DNA of 64,000 nt from Octopus sinensis (lineage: Eukaryota). A program made the translations under genes and the position numbers. The stretch spans positions 33,480,001 through 33,544,000 of the forward strand of contig NC_042998.1 of the NCBI RefSeq assembly GCF_006345805.1. Reading direction: 5' to 3'. The notes below the pieces were generated by a model. That model did not search any database, was not told where the DNA came from, and was given only the letters and a program-made list of their open reading frames with translations. Shown here piece by piece: positions 41,055 to 55,391 of the stretch. Within the stretch, counting starts at the first letter, position 1. Each line of letters opens with the position of its first letter.

Positions 41055-41292
41055 ATTCTTCTATTCGTTTACTTGTTTCAGTTATTTGACTGCGGCCTTG
41101 CTTGAGCATCGCTTTTAGTCGAACAAATCGACCCCAGGACTTTTTCTTTGTAAGCCTAGTACTTACTTATTCTATCGGCTTCTTATGCCGAACCGCTAAG
41201 TTACGGGGACGTGAACACACCAACATCGGCTGTCAAGCGATGTTGGGTGGGTGGGGGTGACAAACACACACACGCGCACACACATATATACA

Positions 41293-41328
<36 letters not shown>

Positions 41329-41480
41329 TACGGGCTTCTTTCAGTTTCCGTCTACCAAATCCACTCACAAGGCTTTGGTCGGCCCGAGGCTATAGTAGAA
41401 GACACTTTCCCAAGGTGCCACGCAGTGGGACTGAACCCGGAACGATATGGTTGGTAAGCAAGCCACTTATCACACAGCCG
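41055..41480 (-). mobile_element. SINE family A
   Basis: Reverse-complement family match. Confidence 0.88.
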
Positions 41481-42149
41481 CAGGTAGCATTAATTTATTA
41501 TATATTGTTTGTTCTAGAATGTCGTCCGTTTCGGAAATCATTCTTCAGAAATGTTTTTTGTGGTTGGCCAAGTGGTTAGGGTGTTGCGCTCACGATCGCT
41601 AGGACATAGGTTCGATTTCCGGACCAGACTGTGAGTTGTGCTCTTGAGCAAAACACTTCATTTCACATTTCCTTGCGATCATCTCGACATCTAGCGTGTG
41701 GCACACTTGTGCGCCTGTTCGGGCAATGTCGATCTGATGGAAGGGGGCAGCTAATGTGCCACATTTGCTCACTAGAAACAAATCCTTTGGGTAGCACTCA
41801 TACGTCGTCTTCGAGGGGAGAGTCCATCATCATCATCAGCAGCAGCAACAGCTGCCATCAAAGTGATACTGGGGTAAAACATACGAAGCCCAGTATACCC
41901 ATCATGACTACCCGTCTCATTAGGGTACACTAGGCACGTGTATCACAACCATATGTGCGCGACATGGTGATCTCATATCAAGATAAACAGCGCATGACCT
42001 TGCAGGTGGGGCCCAGTCAGAATTTTCTTCTGGTCGAGCAGCACATCCCGCTCAAAAAGTCCCTGAATAAGGGTTGTTTAAGGATGTCGAACGAAACACC
42101 TATGTTTCCAGAGGTGAATTATCCAAACCCCAAAGAATTCCGAGGAGTT

Positions 42150-42900
42150 GGCAGAGACAAAGAAAGAAAAAACAATCATGTACAAATGCATTTCGGTAAA
42201 CATAAGCGGCCAGAGATGGCGAACCAGGCAGACGTGGAATGAGCGGCGCTGAAGGAGTTAATGCCCGACATTTTGTGTGTATCGAGGGCAAAGCAGTTTG
42301 CGTGCATTTTGGTGTTCTTTATATCTGAAATCCTGGCCCCCAAACACTTCATGGCTCTCTATCGCAGTGAAAAATATGTATTCCATTCATCCTATTTAGG
42401 AAGGAGGAGGATGCACACAAAGATCGCTGGAATACCACCAGATTTTAGCGTGTGTTGTTTTGAAAGGAAGCAACAGCCTCCTGGAAGAGAAGCGGACCCG
42501 TCGTGAAAATTGGTCTGGGACGTGTGGAGGTGCTCCTCTACATTAAACCAAATGCTCTCCATTAGATCCCAGACTTCATTCGCCTTCCAGCAGGGAAGAC
42601 CTACATGTTACAGCTGAGGGTGGAAGGTCACAGTGCCACCTGTGTAGAGAGACAGGACACTTCAGAGCCTTCTGTCCCCAGCAGAAGGCAGAGGACCATG
42701 GAAGTCCCTTACTGCCAACAACAAATCCCCAAAAGCCTCAATAACCAAACCAACAACGATCAGCAACAAAAGCAGCTCCAGCGCCGGCAACACCAGTATC
42801 ATCAACAGGAACAACAAAATCAGGAAATGCTAGAAGATCACCAATACCAGCAACAACGGCAAAACCAGCAACAGATGCACCACCATCACTCTCTTTAACA
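42150..42900 (+). pseudogene. Decayed gag-like ORF1 remnant with CCHC zinc knuckle
   Basis: 42634-42675 encodes CHLCRETGHFRAFC (CX2CX4HX4C), followed by low-complexity Q/T/P-rich sequence. Confidence 0.55.
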
Positions 42901-42925
42901 GCAGAAGGAATAATAAATATGGACA

Positions 42926-43082
42926 CGAGCGGCTGTGTGGTAAGTAACTTGCTTACCAACCACATGGTTCCGGGTTCAGTCCTACTGCGTGGCACCTTGG
43001 GCAAGTGTCTTCTACTGTAGCCTCTGGCCGACCAAAGCCTTGTGAGTGGATTTGGTAGACGGAAACTGAAAGAAGCCCGTCG

Positions 43083-43116
<34 letters not shown>

Positions 43117-43143
43117 GTGTGTGTGTGTGTGTTGTGTGTGTGT

Positions 43144-43180
<37 letters not shown>

Positions 43181-43400
43181 GTGTTTGTGTGTCTGTGTTT
43201 GTCCCCCTATCATTGCTTGACAACCGATGTTGGTTTGTTTATGTCCCCGTCACTTAGCGGTTCAGCAAAAGAGACCGATAGAATAAGTACTGGGCTTACA
43301 AAGAATAAGTCCCGGGGTCGAGTTGCTCGACTAAAGGCGGTGCTCCAGCATAGCCGCAGTCAAATGACTGAAACAAGTAAAAGAGTAAAAGAGTAAAGAG
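42926..43400 (+). mobile_element. SINE family A
   Basis: Family match. Confidence 0.9.
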
Positions 43401-43626
43401 TACATAGAACCCAGGGGATCTCCCAGTTCCTCCCTTTCTCTGTCTATTTCCAACCCGAATGCTTTCATCGACTCACATCTCGATTCCACAGACACGCATT
43501 CATCTGCAACGCACAGTGAAAATGAAGGGGAACCCCCAAAACCAAAAGCGAAAATTAAAAATAAAAGGAATCACAAGAAAACATCATGCCTCCACATCAA
43601 CACACACATGAACACACACACACACG

Positions 43627-43691
<65 letters not shown>

Positions 43692-44576
43692 GACATAGAA
43701 AATACACCCACAACTGGCACAGACACACCTTCAACATCAACAACCCCTCCAGCACTGCACTTACAATCCACCAACACTACCCCAACTGCAACAACTGACC
43801 AAAAGAAGGTACTGCCAACAGCAACAACCACCCACACAAACGCAAAACTCCGTGCTAGTGGGAAGGGCAAACAAACAATTGATGGATCTCTTAGCACGAA
43901 GGAAGGGCGTCGAGAGAGAGGGTGTGATCTTTGGCACCAACACCTTTCAAATGCCAGAAACACTGGTGTTGGTGCGAATGCCTATAAGGACATTTAAACA
44001 CATTAGGGAGAGCTCCTCTCAAGATGTGGGAACCCCTAATGCGCTAATTCTGTCCGAGAATTACATTAAGGGCTACGTGACTACAGAATGCTCGGCCAAA
44101 TTCGCGTTAATTTAGGAGTCCTCATAGTCGAGTGACGGAGATCCCCATTATATCTGCATTTGCGTGCGTTGTTGTTGTAGTGGTAATGGTGGTGGTGGTG
44201 GTGGTGGTGTGTGTATTATACTGGCAACGCACGCACACACACCCATACACACACACATACACGCATATGCATCTATGTAGCCTCGGGCCGACCAAAGTCT
44301 TGCGTGTGGCTCTAGTAGACGGAAACTGAAAGAAGATTGTCGTGTCTCACTATGTTGGATTACTGAACTCTACACAATTTTTCTCTCTCCATTTTTTTCC
44401 TTCATACTCCTTTCTGTCGAAGAGCATAGGCTCGAAACGTAAAAGACTTTTCCCATTTTCCACAAGCGTTAAATTAAAATACATGCTTGTTGTTCCTACA
44501 CCCGTCTTCGTCTTTCGTGTTCTGTAAATTTGAACTATCTATCTATCTATCTATCTAGATAGATAGATAGATAGAT

Positions 44577-44627
<51 letters not shown>

Positions 44628-44675
44628 TAGATATAGATATAGACATATAGGAATGTATGTATGTATGTATGCATG

Positions 44676-45070
44676 CGGGCGTGGCTGTGTGGTAAGATGC
44701 TTGCTTAGCAACCATAGGATCCCGAGTTCAGTCCCACTGCGTGGCATCCTAGGCAAATGTCTTCTACAAAAGCCTCGGGTCTACTAAGGCCTTGTGAGTG
44801 AATTTGGTATTCGGAAACTGAGAGAAGCTTGTCGTATATATATGTGTGTGTGTGTGTTTGTGTATGTGTGTGTGTCTGTGTGTGTGTGTGTGTCTGTGTC
44901 TGTGTTTGTCCCCCACCCTCACCTGATAACCAATGTTGGTGTGTTTACGTCCCCGTAACTTAGCGGTTTGGCAAAAGACACCGATATAATAAGTACTAGG
45001 CCTACACAGAATAAGTCCCGAGGTTTATTTGTTCGACTAAAAAGCTCTGCTCCAGCATGGCCGCAGTCAA
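44676..45070 (+). mobile_element. SINE family A, diverged
   Basis: Family match. Confidence 0.85.
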
Positions 45071-45502
45071 ATTTCAGTTATCAATTAATTCCATAAGAAC
45101 CTAAATGCATGTGTAAGTGGGTGAGGGGGCGGGATGTGCGTTTTTGTGTATGCGCATGTACAGCCGGCCTTGTAATTAGTTTCTGCTCTGCTATCAGCGT
45201 CCTTCAGGAAACAGTCACGAAGTAAAATGAATGGAAAAAGGTCTTATTTCGATTGCACTTCATCTCATTCGTAAAGGAGGACTTCCATGTTTCTTGGGAA
45301 AACGAAATATGAGATGTATTGTTTGCATCAAGCAATCTATATTTTACATTCTATTTGTTTCATTCATTAGACTGCGACCATGCTGGAGCACCGCCTTGAA
45401 AATTTTTTAATTTTTTTTTTCTATTTTGTCGAATGAATCAGTTTTTCAGAGCCCTGTATTCATTCTATCGGTCCGCTTAGCCGAACCGCTGGGGTACAAA
45501 CA

Positions 45503-45581
<79 letters not shown>

Positions 45582-45765
45582 TATTTATAAATAAGGATAA
45601 TATCAATATTTAAATATCGATCTTATCTAGTGGCCAGCATGGGAATAAATACCATACAAAGGTATATCACGCTTGGAGATGTTTGGCGGGCAATTTGGTC
45701 TGGTCTTGTGCATACGTATATATATATGTATGTATAGTCGTTCGTATATGTAAGGATAACGTATG

Positions 45766-45869
<104 letters not shown>

Positions 45870-46095
45870 GTATATGTATTTATGTACTTTCTGGTATATT
45901 CAACTGAAGAAGGCAGAGCTTCTCTGAAGCAAAGCCAGAATCCAGGATCTTTAATTATCCAGTAAAATAGTTTTTGCTAGTTTATTTTGCCTTTCTGTCT
46001 TCTCTCCAGGCGCGATATGAACATTTAAGGTGGTTTTAGGGTCAGGGTTTTGACTGCTATTTCAGCACGGTAGTATCTCTCAGATACCCTAATTC

Positions 46096-46186
<91 letters not shown>

Positions 46187-46224
46187 AAAAAGGAGATGTG
46201 GAACACGAGTTGTGATATATAAAA

Positions 46225-47103
46225 AAAGGAAATGAAGAAAATGCTGACAAAATAATTTAAGTAAGGGAGAGTGTATTTAATTAGATGAAAGTTCTTTTTA
46301 CCGGTTGCGCATTTGTTATGCTTATCAAAAGATATTTGATATAGAGTTCCTTTCTGATTGATTTTTTTTCTCTTATCTGACTTTATGTTGGGTTTGCTGT
46401 CTCTTATATGTGAAAAAAGAGGCTCCAGGGTTGTTTAAGATTTGCTTGGTTTCGCGCACATATACATACATATAGCTCTTCCTGTCCTAAACGAACTTAC
46501 TTTTCCAGCTCAAATTCAGTCAAGCGGAAAATACACTCCTTAACTACGCGCTAAAAAGCTATTCAAAATATCCACATGACGTCTACTGACCAGCCTGAAC
46601 AATAAGAATTTTCAACAACGCTATTTTCGAAAACTTCATACACCACCCACACCAACATTCATTCTAAACATTCACGTGACCTCTCTATTATGACCACATT
46701 CACGTGACCTCTTTATTATGATCAATAAGAAATTTTAGGCGCGATACTAGCCAAATTTTAACATCTCTGGAGCCTATTTTCTTACCCCAACACCAACTTC
46801 CATTCAAACATTCACGTGACCCCTTTATAATGACCAATCAAAATTGTATTGACCATTGTCCACAAGAAATTTCAGGCGCGAAACCAAGCAAATCTTAAAC
46901 AACTCTGGAGCCTCTTTTTTCACATATAAGAGACAGCAAACCCAACATAAAGTCAGATAAGAGAAAAAAATCAATCAGAAAGGAACTCTATCTCAAATAT
47001 CTTTTGATAAGCATAACAAATGCGCAACCGGTAAAAAGAACTTTCACCTAATTAAATACACTCTCCCTTACTTAAATTATTTTGTCAGCATTTTCTTCAT
47101 TTC

Positions 47104-47107
<4 letters not shown>
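46225..47107. mobile_element. Inverted-repeat Penelope-like element with arms of about 230 bp
   Basis: 46225-46457 is the reverse complement of 46876-47107. Variant hammerhead-like core at 47000-47039. Confidence 0.7.
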
Positions 47108-47151
<44 letters not shown>

Positions 47152-47769
47152 TCGTTTTTTTTAATATGTTATTCGTGTATTTCCACCTGATGAAAACGGT
47201 TTTTTATTCGCATGATATAATAATTCTATTCATCGATACAAAACACTCGTTAGAAACAGCTGTAGTAAATGAACCATTATCTATCTGTTGTTATTTAATA
47301 AATAATTTTTTAGTGTACTGAATCAGCCTTAGTAGATTTTATTTTAAATTCTATCGTTCTCTTCGGTCGCTAAGTTACGGGAATACAAACAACCAACACC
47401 GATTGTCAAGCGGTGGGGAGAGGACAAACACACACACATATATATGACTGGCTTCTTTCAGTTTTCGTCTACCAAATCCACTCACAACGCTTTGACCCCG
47501 GGGTTATAGTAGAAGACACTTGCCCAAGTTGCTACGCAGTGGAACCATATGGTTGGGAAGCAAGCTTATTACCATGCAGCCACATCTTACGCCATTGCTG
47601 ATCTTCTGCAGTTCTCAGCTTATTAAAAATTAAGTCACACTCGATGGATTGGTTACAGCACTCAGGCGTTTTAGAAGTTTTGCGATCTCGTTAAACCTTT
47701 TCGCTCCTTTTAAATATACACCCGTCCATTTCAGTATATTGTATCTGCTCTTGTTTGTATGTTTGTTTG

Positions 47770-48167
47770 CTTGTTGAGCGAAGCGGTCTTCGTCCCAGAG
47801 CTCACAAGATCGCGCCTCAGGATTGTCTGTAGTGGGAGAAGTCCGAAACGTGGTCCTTTGCTATTCGTCAGACCCGCAGAAGAGAAAGCAGGTCAACACC
47901 CGACACCCAGAGCATCGACGGATGGATGAATGCGCATCCAGGCTCAGCGGTTATGTAGGAAGTCAGGGACAAGAAACAGGAAGAAAGAGTGAGAGAAAGT
48001 TAGAGCGAAACAGTACAACAGGGGTCGCCACCACCCCCTGCCGGAGCCTCGTGGCGCTTTAGGTGTTTTCGCTCAATAAACACACACAACGCCCGGTCTG
48101 GGAATCGAAACCGCGATCCTCCGACCGCGAGTCCACTGCCCTAACCATTGGGCCATTGCGCCTCCAC
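47770..48167 (-). mobile_element. SINE with family B head and a different body, imperfect TSD
   Basis: Head as in 11089-11475. Flanks tgtatctgctcttg / tgtgtctgctcttg. Second copy at 49330-49680. Confidence 0.8.
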
Positions 48168-48405
48168 TGTGTCTGCTCTTGCAGCCATTGCACGTGATTG
48201 TTGACTAGGTATTGTCTGAACTTACCAGCTGTTGTCTTTCCGTATCAGGTCAGCTTGTCTTGACAGATATTCGATCAGATGTAATTGAAATTTAATCTTT
48301 CTGTCTCATTTCAAATATAACTGATTTTGGTCGAGTCCTGTTTAATTTCTAATTACTCGTAGCAAACTTAAAGTAAATCATACTTTGTTTAGACAAGGTA
48401 CGTGC

Positions 48406-48480
<75 letters not shown>

Positions 48481-48489
<9 letters not shown>

Positions 48490-48870
48490 TATTAGAGACA
48501 AAACCACTATTTTGCAAAACAAACAAGGAAAGACTTAATCAATACATAAAATTTTAATAAATAGTCAAAAAAACCGCCACTACAATCGTTTCTTGTCTTG
48601 ATCGACAATCTTCAGGTGGACTTCCAATAAGTCAGTTTCAATTATGAAAGTCCACCTGAAGATTGTCGATCAGACATAAACGATTGTAGTGGCGGTTTTT
48701 TTGACTATTTATTAAAATTTTATGTATTGATTAAGTCTTTCCTTGTTTGTTTTGCAAAATAGTGGTTTTGTCTCTAATAATATTTTATAATATTTTCTAT
48801 AAATTGGATTTAATCCTAAATCTGATTTTTTCCCTGTAATTTGGATTTATTCCCTAATATTTATTATTTA
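48481..48870. mobile_element. Palindromic Penelope-like element
   Basis: Arms 48481-48625 and 48646-48790 are near-perfect reverse complements, with a unique 3' extension and (TA)n flanks. Confidence 0.8.
48577..48619 (-). ncRNA. Minimal type-I hammerhead ribozyme motif
   Basis: CCAC-CTGAAGA-TTGTC-gatcaa-GACAA-GAAAC-GATT-GTA-GTGG. The mirror copy on + at 48652-48692 lacks G12. Confidence 0.8.
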
Positions 48871-48996
48871 TATATATATATATATATATAATATATATAT
48901 ATATATTAACACTTTTATGTTCTGGTCCTTGTGTGGTTCTTGTGACCTGAGCGACATGCTAAGCCTCAACTCCCTCTAGCTGCATAGTTTCAAAGC

Positions 48997-50785
48997 AGGG
49001 GTTCTCAACCTTTTTTTTTACCTGTAGATCCACTTACATTCCTATTTTATTCCAGTGGTCACCACCCCTCTCATACCCATTCGATGTTTTTAAAATCCTA
49101 TTGTATTTTCATAATTAAATTTTATTAGGACTTGTATAAAAATTGTTAAAATATTTTGTGTACTGTAGACCTAAAACCAATTTGTTAACAACTAAATTCT
49201 GTGGGAAATGGATGTTCACAAGTAAAATCAGTCATAAATATGCAAGTATACATCTATTAAACTAAGGTAGTACTTTAGTGTTGATTTATTTAATGCAAGT
49301 CTGGTGGTTGGTGCTGCTTTGTTTGTTTGTTTGTTGAGCGAAGCGGTCTTCGTCCCATGTCTGTAGTGAGAGAAGTCCGAAACGTGGTCCTTTGCTATTC
49401 GTCAGACCCGCAGAAGAGAAAGCAGGTCAACACCCGACACCGAGAGCATCGACGGATGGATAAATGCGCATCCAGGCTCAGCGGTTGCGGAGGAAGTCGG
49501 GGACAAGAAGTTAGAGCGAAAGAGTACAACAGGGGTCGCCACCACCCCCTGCCGGAGCCTCGTGGAGCTTTTAGGTGTTTTCGCTCAATAAACACACTCA
49601 GCGCCTAGTCTGGGAATCGAAACCGCGATCCTCCGACCGCGAGTCCGCTGCCCTAACCACTGGGCCATTGCGCCTCCACTTGTTGCTGGTGCTCTCACAC
49701 AGGGTATACAAAATAGAGCATTTGTTAAATAAAACCCCTGTATCTGCCAATCTGACTTCCTACATAACCGCTGAGCCTGCATAAAACCCCTGTATCTGCA
49801 CAATCCATTATATTTCTGAGGGGAATATTATGTTCCTCGAAATAAGTTACAACGTTTTTGAGAATTGTTTTGCCTTTAGTGTCTGTTTGAAGGCGCCTGG
49901 CCAAAAACATTTCCTCTCTGAATTCATTGAAATGGGAAATGTTTGCTTCTCAAGCCATGCCAGGCTGATAAGGGCCGGTTTCTCGGTTTCCTGGTTTCAG
50001 TGGCGTGTAAAATCCCCACCTGGACGGGACGCCGATCCATCGCAGGATTACTCACTTTTTGCCAGCTGAGTGGACTGGAGCAACGTGAAATGAAGTGTTT
50101 TGCTCAGGAACACAACACATCACCCGGTCCAGGAATCGAAACCACAATATTACGACTATGAATCCAGCACCCTAACTACTAAGCCACGCGCTTTCACCTC
50201 CGAATTCATTACCATCCAAAAAAAAAAGAGAAAAAACGCCGATGCACCAATAAAATAGCTTTACTATCTCTCGGGTAGATTAATCAGGTTGAAGAGGCAA
50301 TTTCTGTACTTTTCTGCATCCTTAGCCATTTCGTCAATGCACCTTGACACTGATGAGTTACCTAAAGTAAACACACAAGTAATTTCATTAGCATTTTCTT
50401 TCATAAATGATGAAATTACGACAAATACCGCTGGTAAAATTACAGTTTCACCAATATTATGGGGTTTCCCAACCTTTGCTATCATTTTAGAAATTTCATA
50501 GGATTCCAGTCAACCATTACTATTTTTACATGATTGGTTACAAGATAACTGATTCACCATTTTTTTTTGCCAGGAATTCATTGTGTAGTTTTCTAAAATA
50601 TTCTACTGAATTGTTTTACTTGTCTTTGAGTTTGGTCTCCGAATGAATTTTAAGCTTAGCTGACTTCATGCTATCATTTGACAGTACATCCATACATGTG
50701 AGCCACATTGGTTTCGCTTCGTTCTGTAGCGACAGGATAAAGCCAAAAGACAGATATTCAATGGAATATTATCGGCATTTCTTAG
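48997..50785 (-). mobile_element. Degenerate hAT/Buster-type transposon interrupted by SINEs
   Basis: IAKVGKPHNIGETVILPA...SSVSRCIDEMAKD and TDTKGKTI...FEEHNIPL resemble ZBED8/SCAND3-type transposases. Buster-like terminus CAGGGGTTCTCAACC at 48997. Confidence 0.75.
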
Positions 50786-51662
50786 TTGGAGGGGGTAGAA
50801 TTTTGGTTTAAGCACCCCATATAAACCCTCGTAACTTTACTATGTTCGGAATTTCTAGAAAGTTTTTGCGAATTTGTCTTCTATACATGGGAATTTATAA
50901 AATTATGCAAATAAAATTTTTGTGTGTGATTTAACGGCAATTTAACTGTTGTTTTTAGCACATCCCACAACCACCTGATACCTTCCTTGTTCCTTTGTCA
51001 CTCTGATATGTCCTGATTTTTTCCAAGAGTTGTCCATTTCTAGAACTTTGACAAAAAGTTCTGAGTGTCTGTATTTGAAACTCTGATTTTTTTTTTTTTG
51101 AAAAGAAGTGGGAAATTTTAGGATTTTTGAGGTTTTGAAAAATTAATCTTTTTTTTTTTATTTTTGCAAAAATCGTGTGAATTCCCGTGCGTAGAACACA
51201 AATCCGCAAAAATTTTCTGGAAATTCCAAAAAACAAAAATTATGACCGCCTGCTACCTTCATTTGTGTGTGTGTGTGTGTATTTTCCTCATTTTAAACTG
51301 TGAGTCAGCATTTTGATTTTTGTTGTTTTTGATTTTATTTGTCCATATATGATGGCCGTCCACTCGTGACCGAGGAAGACCATTGCTGACCTTTAAGAAC
51401 ATTATGAGCCCCAGGATTGACTTATATTTTGCATTTGCGACTCCGTTGGTGGCTAATGACCCCTGCTCTTGACAAGCATAAATGATTCCAAACATTGCAG
51501 ACCAACTTTCCCTATTCACTACAACAGCAGTGCACTTTCGAGCAGCACGCTTAAGTTCTTCATGCTGGATACGTGCAGAATGCATCCACGCAGAATACAT
51601 ACATACATACATACATACATACATACATACATACATACATACATACATTCATGCATACATAA

Positions 51663-51987
51663 AGGAGCACTCCATCGGTTACGACGATGAGAGTCCCAAC
51701 TGATCCGATCAACGGAACAACCTGCTCGTGAAATTAACGTGCAAGTGGCTGAGTACTCCACGGACATGTGTACACTTAACGTAGTTCTCGGTGGGATTCA
51801 GCGTAATAGAATGTGAGAAGGTCGGCCCTTTGAAATACAGGTACTACTCATTTTTGCCAGCTGAGTGAACTGGAGCAACGTGAAATAAAGTGTCTTGCTC
51901 AAGGACAAAACGCGTCGCCGGGAATTGAACTCTCGACCTTACGATCATCAGCCGAATGCCCTAACCACTAAGCCACGCGCCTTCACC
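51663..51987 (-). mobile_element. SINE with family B body and alternative head
   Basis: Family similarity, embedded in (TACA)n. Confidence 0.75.
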
Positions 51988-52012
51988 ATACATACATACA
52001 TACATACATACA

Positions 52013-52046
<34 letters not shown>

Positions 52047-53451
52047 CGTGCATGCATACATACATACATACATACGTACATGCAGGCATGCATGCATGCA
52101 TACATACATACATACATACATACATACATACATACATACATAAAGTTGAATACTGTTAACATAAAACTGAAGATCAATGAAAAAGAGGACACCTATGCTG
52201 AACTATTGAGAAATCTGCAGTTATACCTGTAATTATTGGTGCCCCTGGGATATGTAACACACTGCCTAAATACCAATCTACATTTCTTGTAGTCTCTTAT
52301 AACTTTCCTCTTCAATTACTATCGCCTTCATATCCTCTGCATATATGTATGCTGGTACATTTACTCTTACTATTTGGTTGAACTTGAGTATCTTCTTTTC
52401 AAAGATAAAGTCGACCTCGGCGGAATTTGAACTCAGAACGTAGCGACAGGCGAAATACTCCTCTTGACGTCTAGGCTTCCCTCTCTATAGCTACGTATTA
52501 GGCTAGCCTACTTCATCGTCCGGGGGCGTCCACACAACAGTTCTCAACATTATTTTTCAGCTTTCTGGGGAATTCCCGAGTTGATTTTATGACCAGCTTC
52601 ATCTATATATGCTTTTTGTTTTTGATTTTTTTTTTTACTCTTTCATTTGTTTCTATCATTTGACATCGGCCATGCTGGAGCACCGCCTTTAGTCCAACAA
52701 ATCGACTTATTCTTTGTAAGCCTAATACTTATTCTATAGGTCTCTTTTGCCGAACCGCTAAGTTATGAGGGACGTAAACACACCAACATCGGCTGTCAAT
52801 CGATGGTGGGGGAACAAACACAGACACACAAATACATACATACATAAATATACACGCCCACATTCACACGTCAAGGTCACTATCCCCTATCCACACGCGC
52901 ACACACACTCTCACATACACATGCACGCGCACCTTCGTTTTGGAATCACCAATACTTTATTATCTCCCCTTCTTCCTAGCTCTCCTGTCTAACTACCTCT
53001 GTCCAACCAGTCACCATAATTGACCGTTAACCCCTAAAGCTCTTTTTTTATTCTCTCTCTGTTTATTTCCTCGTGTTCCTTTCTGTTGAAGAGCGTAGGC
53101 TCGAAACGTTAAAAACTTTTCTCACCTTCCCGAGCGTTAAACTAATACACCTGTTTGTTGTTTATACACCTGTCTTCGTCTTTTGCTTTTCTGTAAATTC
53201 CAACTGCAAATATATATATATATATACAACGGGCTTCTTTCAGTTTCCGTCTACCAAATCCACTTGGTCGGCCCGGGGCTATAGTAGAAGACATTTGCTT
53301 AGGATTTCTACTAACATATTTCAGGGCGTTTTTAAACAAGTTTCTTAGTATGAGTGCACAACTGTGCAGGGTCAACATTGCAACAGGAGTCCACGTTGGA
53401 AACAACTGATCTAAAATACAATTTTTTCATGACCCCTGAAAAGTACTGTGT

Positions 53452-53716
53452 ACCCCCAATTTACAGCATTTCATCTGTAGACCCTCAATTTACTGCATTT
53501 CATATGTGGGCCCCCAATTTACCGCATTTCATCTGTGGACCCTCAATTTACCGCATTTCATCTGTGGACCCTCAATTTACCGCATTTCATCTGTAGACTC
53601 TCAGTTTACTGCATTTCATCTGTGACCCTCAATTTACTGCATTTCATATGAGGACCCTCAATTTACTGCATTTCATATGTGAGCCCCCAATTTACTGCAT
53701 TTCATCAGTAAACCCC
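53452..53716. repeat. 29-bp minisatellite, about 9 copies
   Basis: Unit accctcaatttactgcatttcatctgtgg, followed by a hAT-like terminus gttgagacccctg at 53741-53753. Confidence 0.9.
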
Positions 53717-55003
53717 TCTAGAAATTTTGTATGAACCCTTGTTGAGACCCCTGTTTTAATGAGTAGAGAGTGATCAACGATTAGCGGTATTAAACCAGTC
53801 TACTTCGAAACAGATTTTATTCTTTTGTGGACTAAACTGCTGCAACAAACGCCACCCAAATATTTCAAATTACAAGTGGTTATTGTTGGTTTTTGGCCCG
53901 TAGGTCATCTCTGTTTGATGATATCTTTGATGAAAACACTTTCAGCCTAAACCATCCGGTCTCTTTGTTATATTTGGGACTACATTTTCCAATGCGTCCA
54001 TTCTTGGCGTGGTGTGATTTCGATTGTGATTTTGTTGCTGTTATTATAACATTTCGTAAGGTGACGGAGAAAATGCTAAGCGACATATCATCCGTCTTCG
54101 TGTTCTGAGTTCAAATTCCGCCGTTTTCTACTCTTATTCTTTCGGGACCGAGGAAATAAGTTCCAGTTGAACACTGGGGTCGATATAATTGACTTAAGTC
54201 CAGCCCTAAAATCTGAAACCATTTTTATGCAATTTACAAAGGCGGTGAGCTGGCAGAGTCGTTGGCACACTGGACAAAATGCTTAGCTGTAGTTCTTTCA
54301 GCTTTATGTTCCGAGGTTCGAATTCTTGTAGGTTGTCTTTGCCTTCCATCCTTTCGCTGTAGATTAAAAAAATAAGCACAAATTTTAACACTGAAGTTGA
54401 TATAATCGATTTTCTCGCCTCCCTTAAAATCGATGGCCTTATGCGGAAATTTTTAATATGATCTCGTTAAACAGGCGAAATACACGGTCAAATTCCTGTT
54501 TTTTTCCCCATCACTTTTGTATACGACAAGCACAAACATCACATTATGTTATTGATCTTACTCCTGTTATTGATCTTATTCCTTAAGCTGTTTGTCAACA
54601 CAAGAAATCGTACGTAAGTATACGACCTAAATCATGAAGATTATAAATATGTATAAAATCAATGATGTTTGTCCTAGATTACTAATATCTTAAATACGCA
54701 GTCATTCTTTATCACAGTTTCCTATTTGAATACACTTCTGTTCAAATCTACGCGGATTTGGGATCGAATATAAAAGTTCATGACAAGGATGACAACAGCA
54801 CTTAGCATGTACTTAGGTTATTAATGCCGGGAGTGTAACGTAACGTCCATCTCCGCTCGATTTAAACACAGAATCCACAGTGACGTCAGTAAATATTGCC
54901 TTGATATCTATACATATAAATTTGACATGGGCAATTCTTTCTTGTCTTGCGATTCATATCAAACGGTTGGGTGGAATTGCGCGAAAAATTACACAGAAGT
55001 GTA

Positions 55004-55391
55004 GGAGGAAGCACTCCGTCGGTTACGACGATGAGGGTTCCGGTTGATCCGAATCAACAGAACACCCTGCTCGTGAAATTAACGTGTAAGTGGCTGAGCA
55101 CTCCACAGACATGTGTACACTTAACATAGTTCTCGGGGATATTCAGCGTGACACAGAGAGTGACAAGGCTGGCCCTTTGAAATACAGGTACAACAGAAAC
55201 AGGAAGTAAGAGTGAGAGAAAGTTGTGGTGAAGGAGTACAGCAGGGATCACCACCATCCCCTGCCGGAGCCTCGTGGAGCTTTAGGTGTTTTCGCTCAAT
55301 AAACACTCACAACGCCCGGTCTGGGAATCGAAACCGCGATCCTATGACCGCGAGTCCGCTGCCCTAACCACTGAGCCATTGCGCCTCCACT
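55004..55391 (-). mobile_element. SINE family B with 12-bp TSD
   Basis: Near-identical to 11089-11475. TSD cacagaagtgta at 54992-55003 and 55392-55403. Confidence 0.92.

Noticed and set aside
53452-53716. CRISPR-like array
   Set aside because: Contiguous 29-bp units with no unique spacers, in a eukaryotic context.
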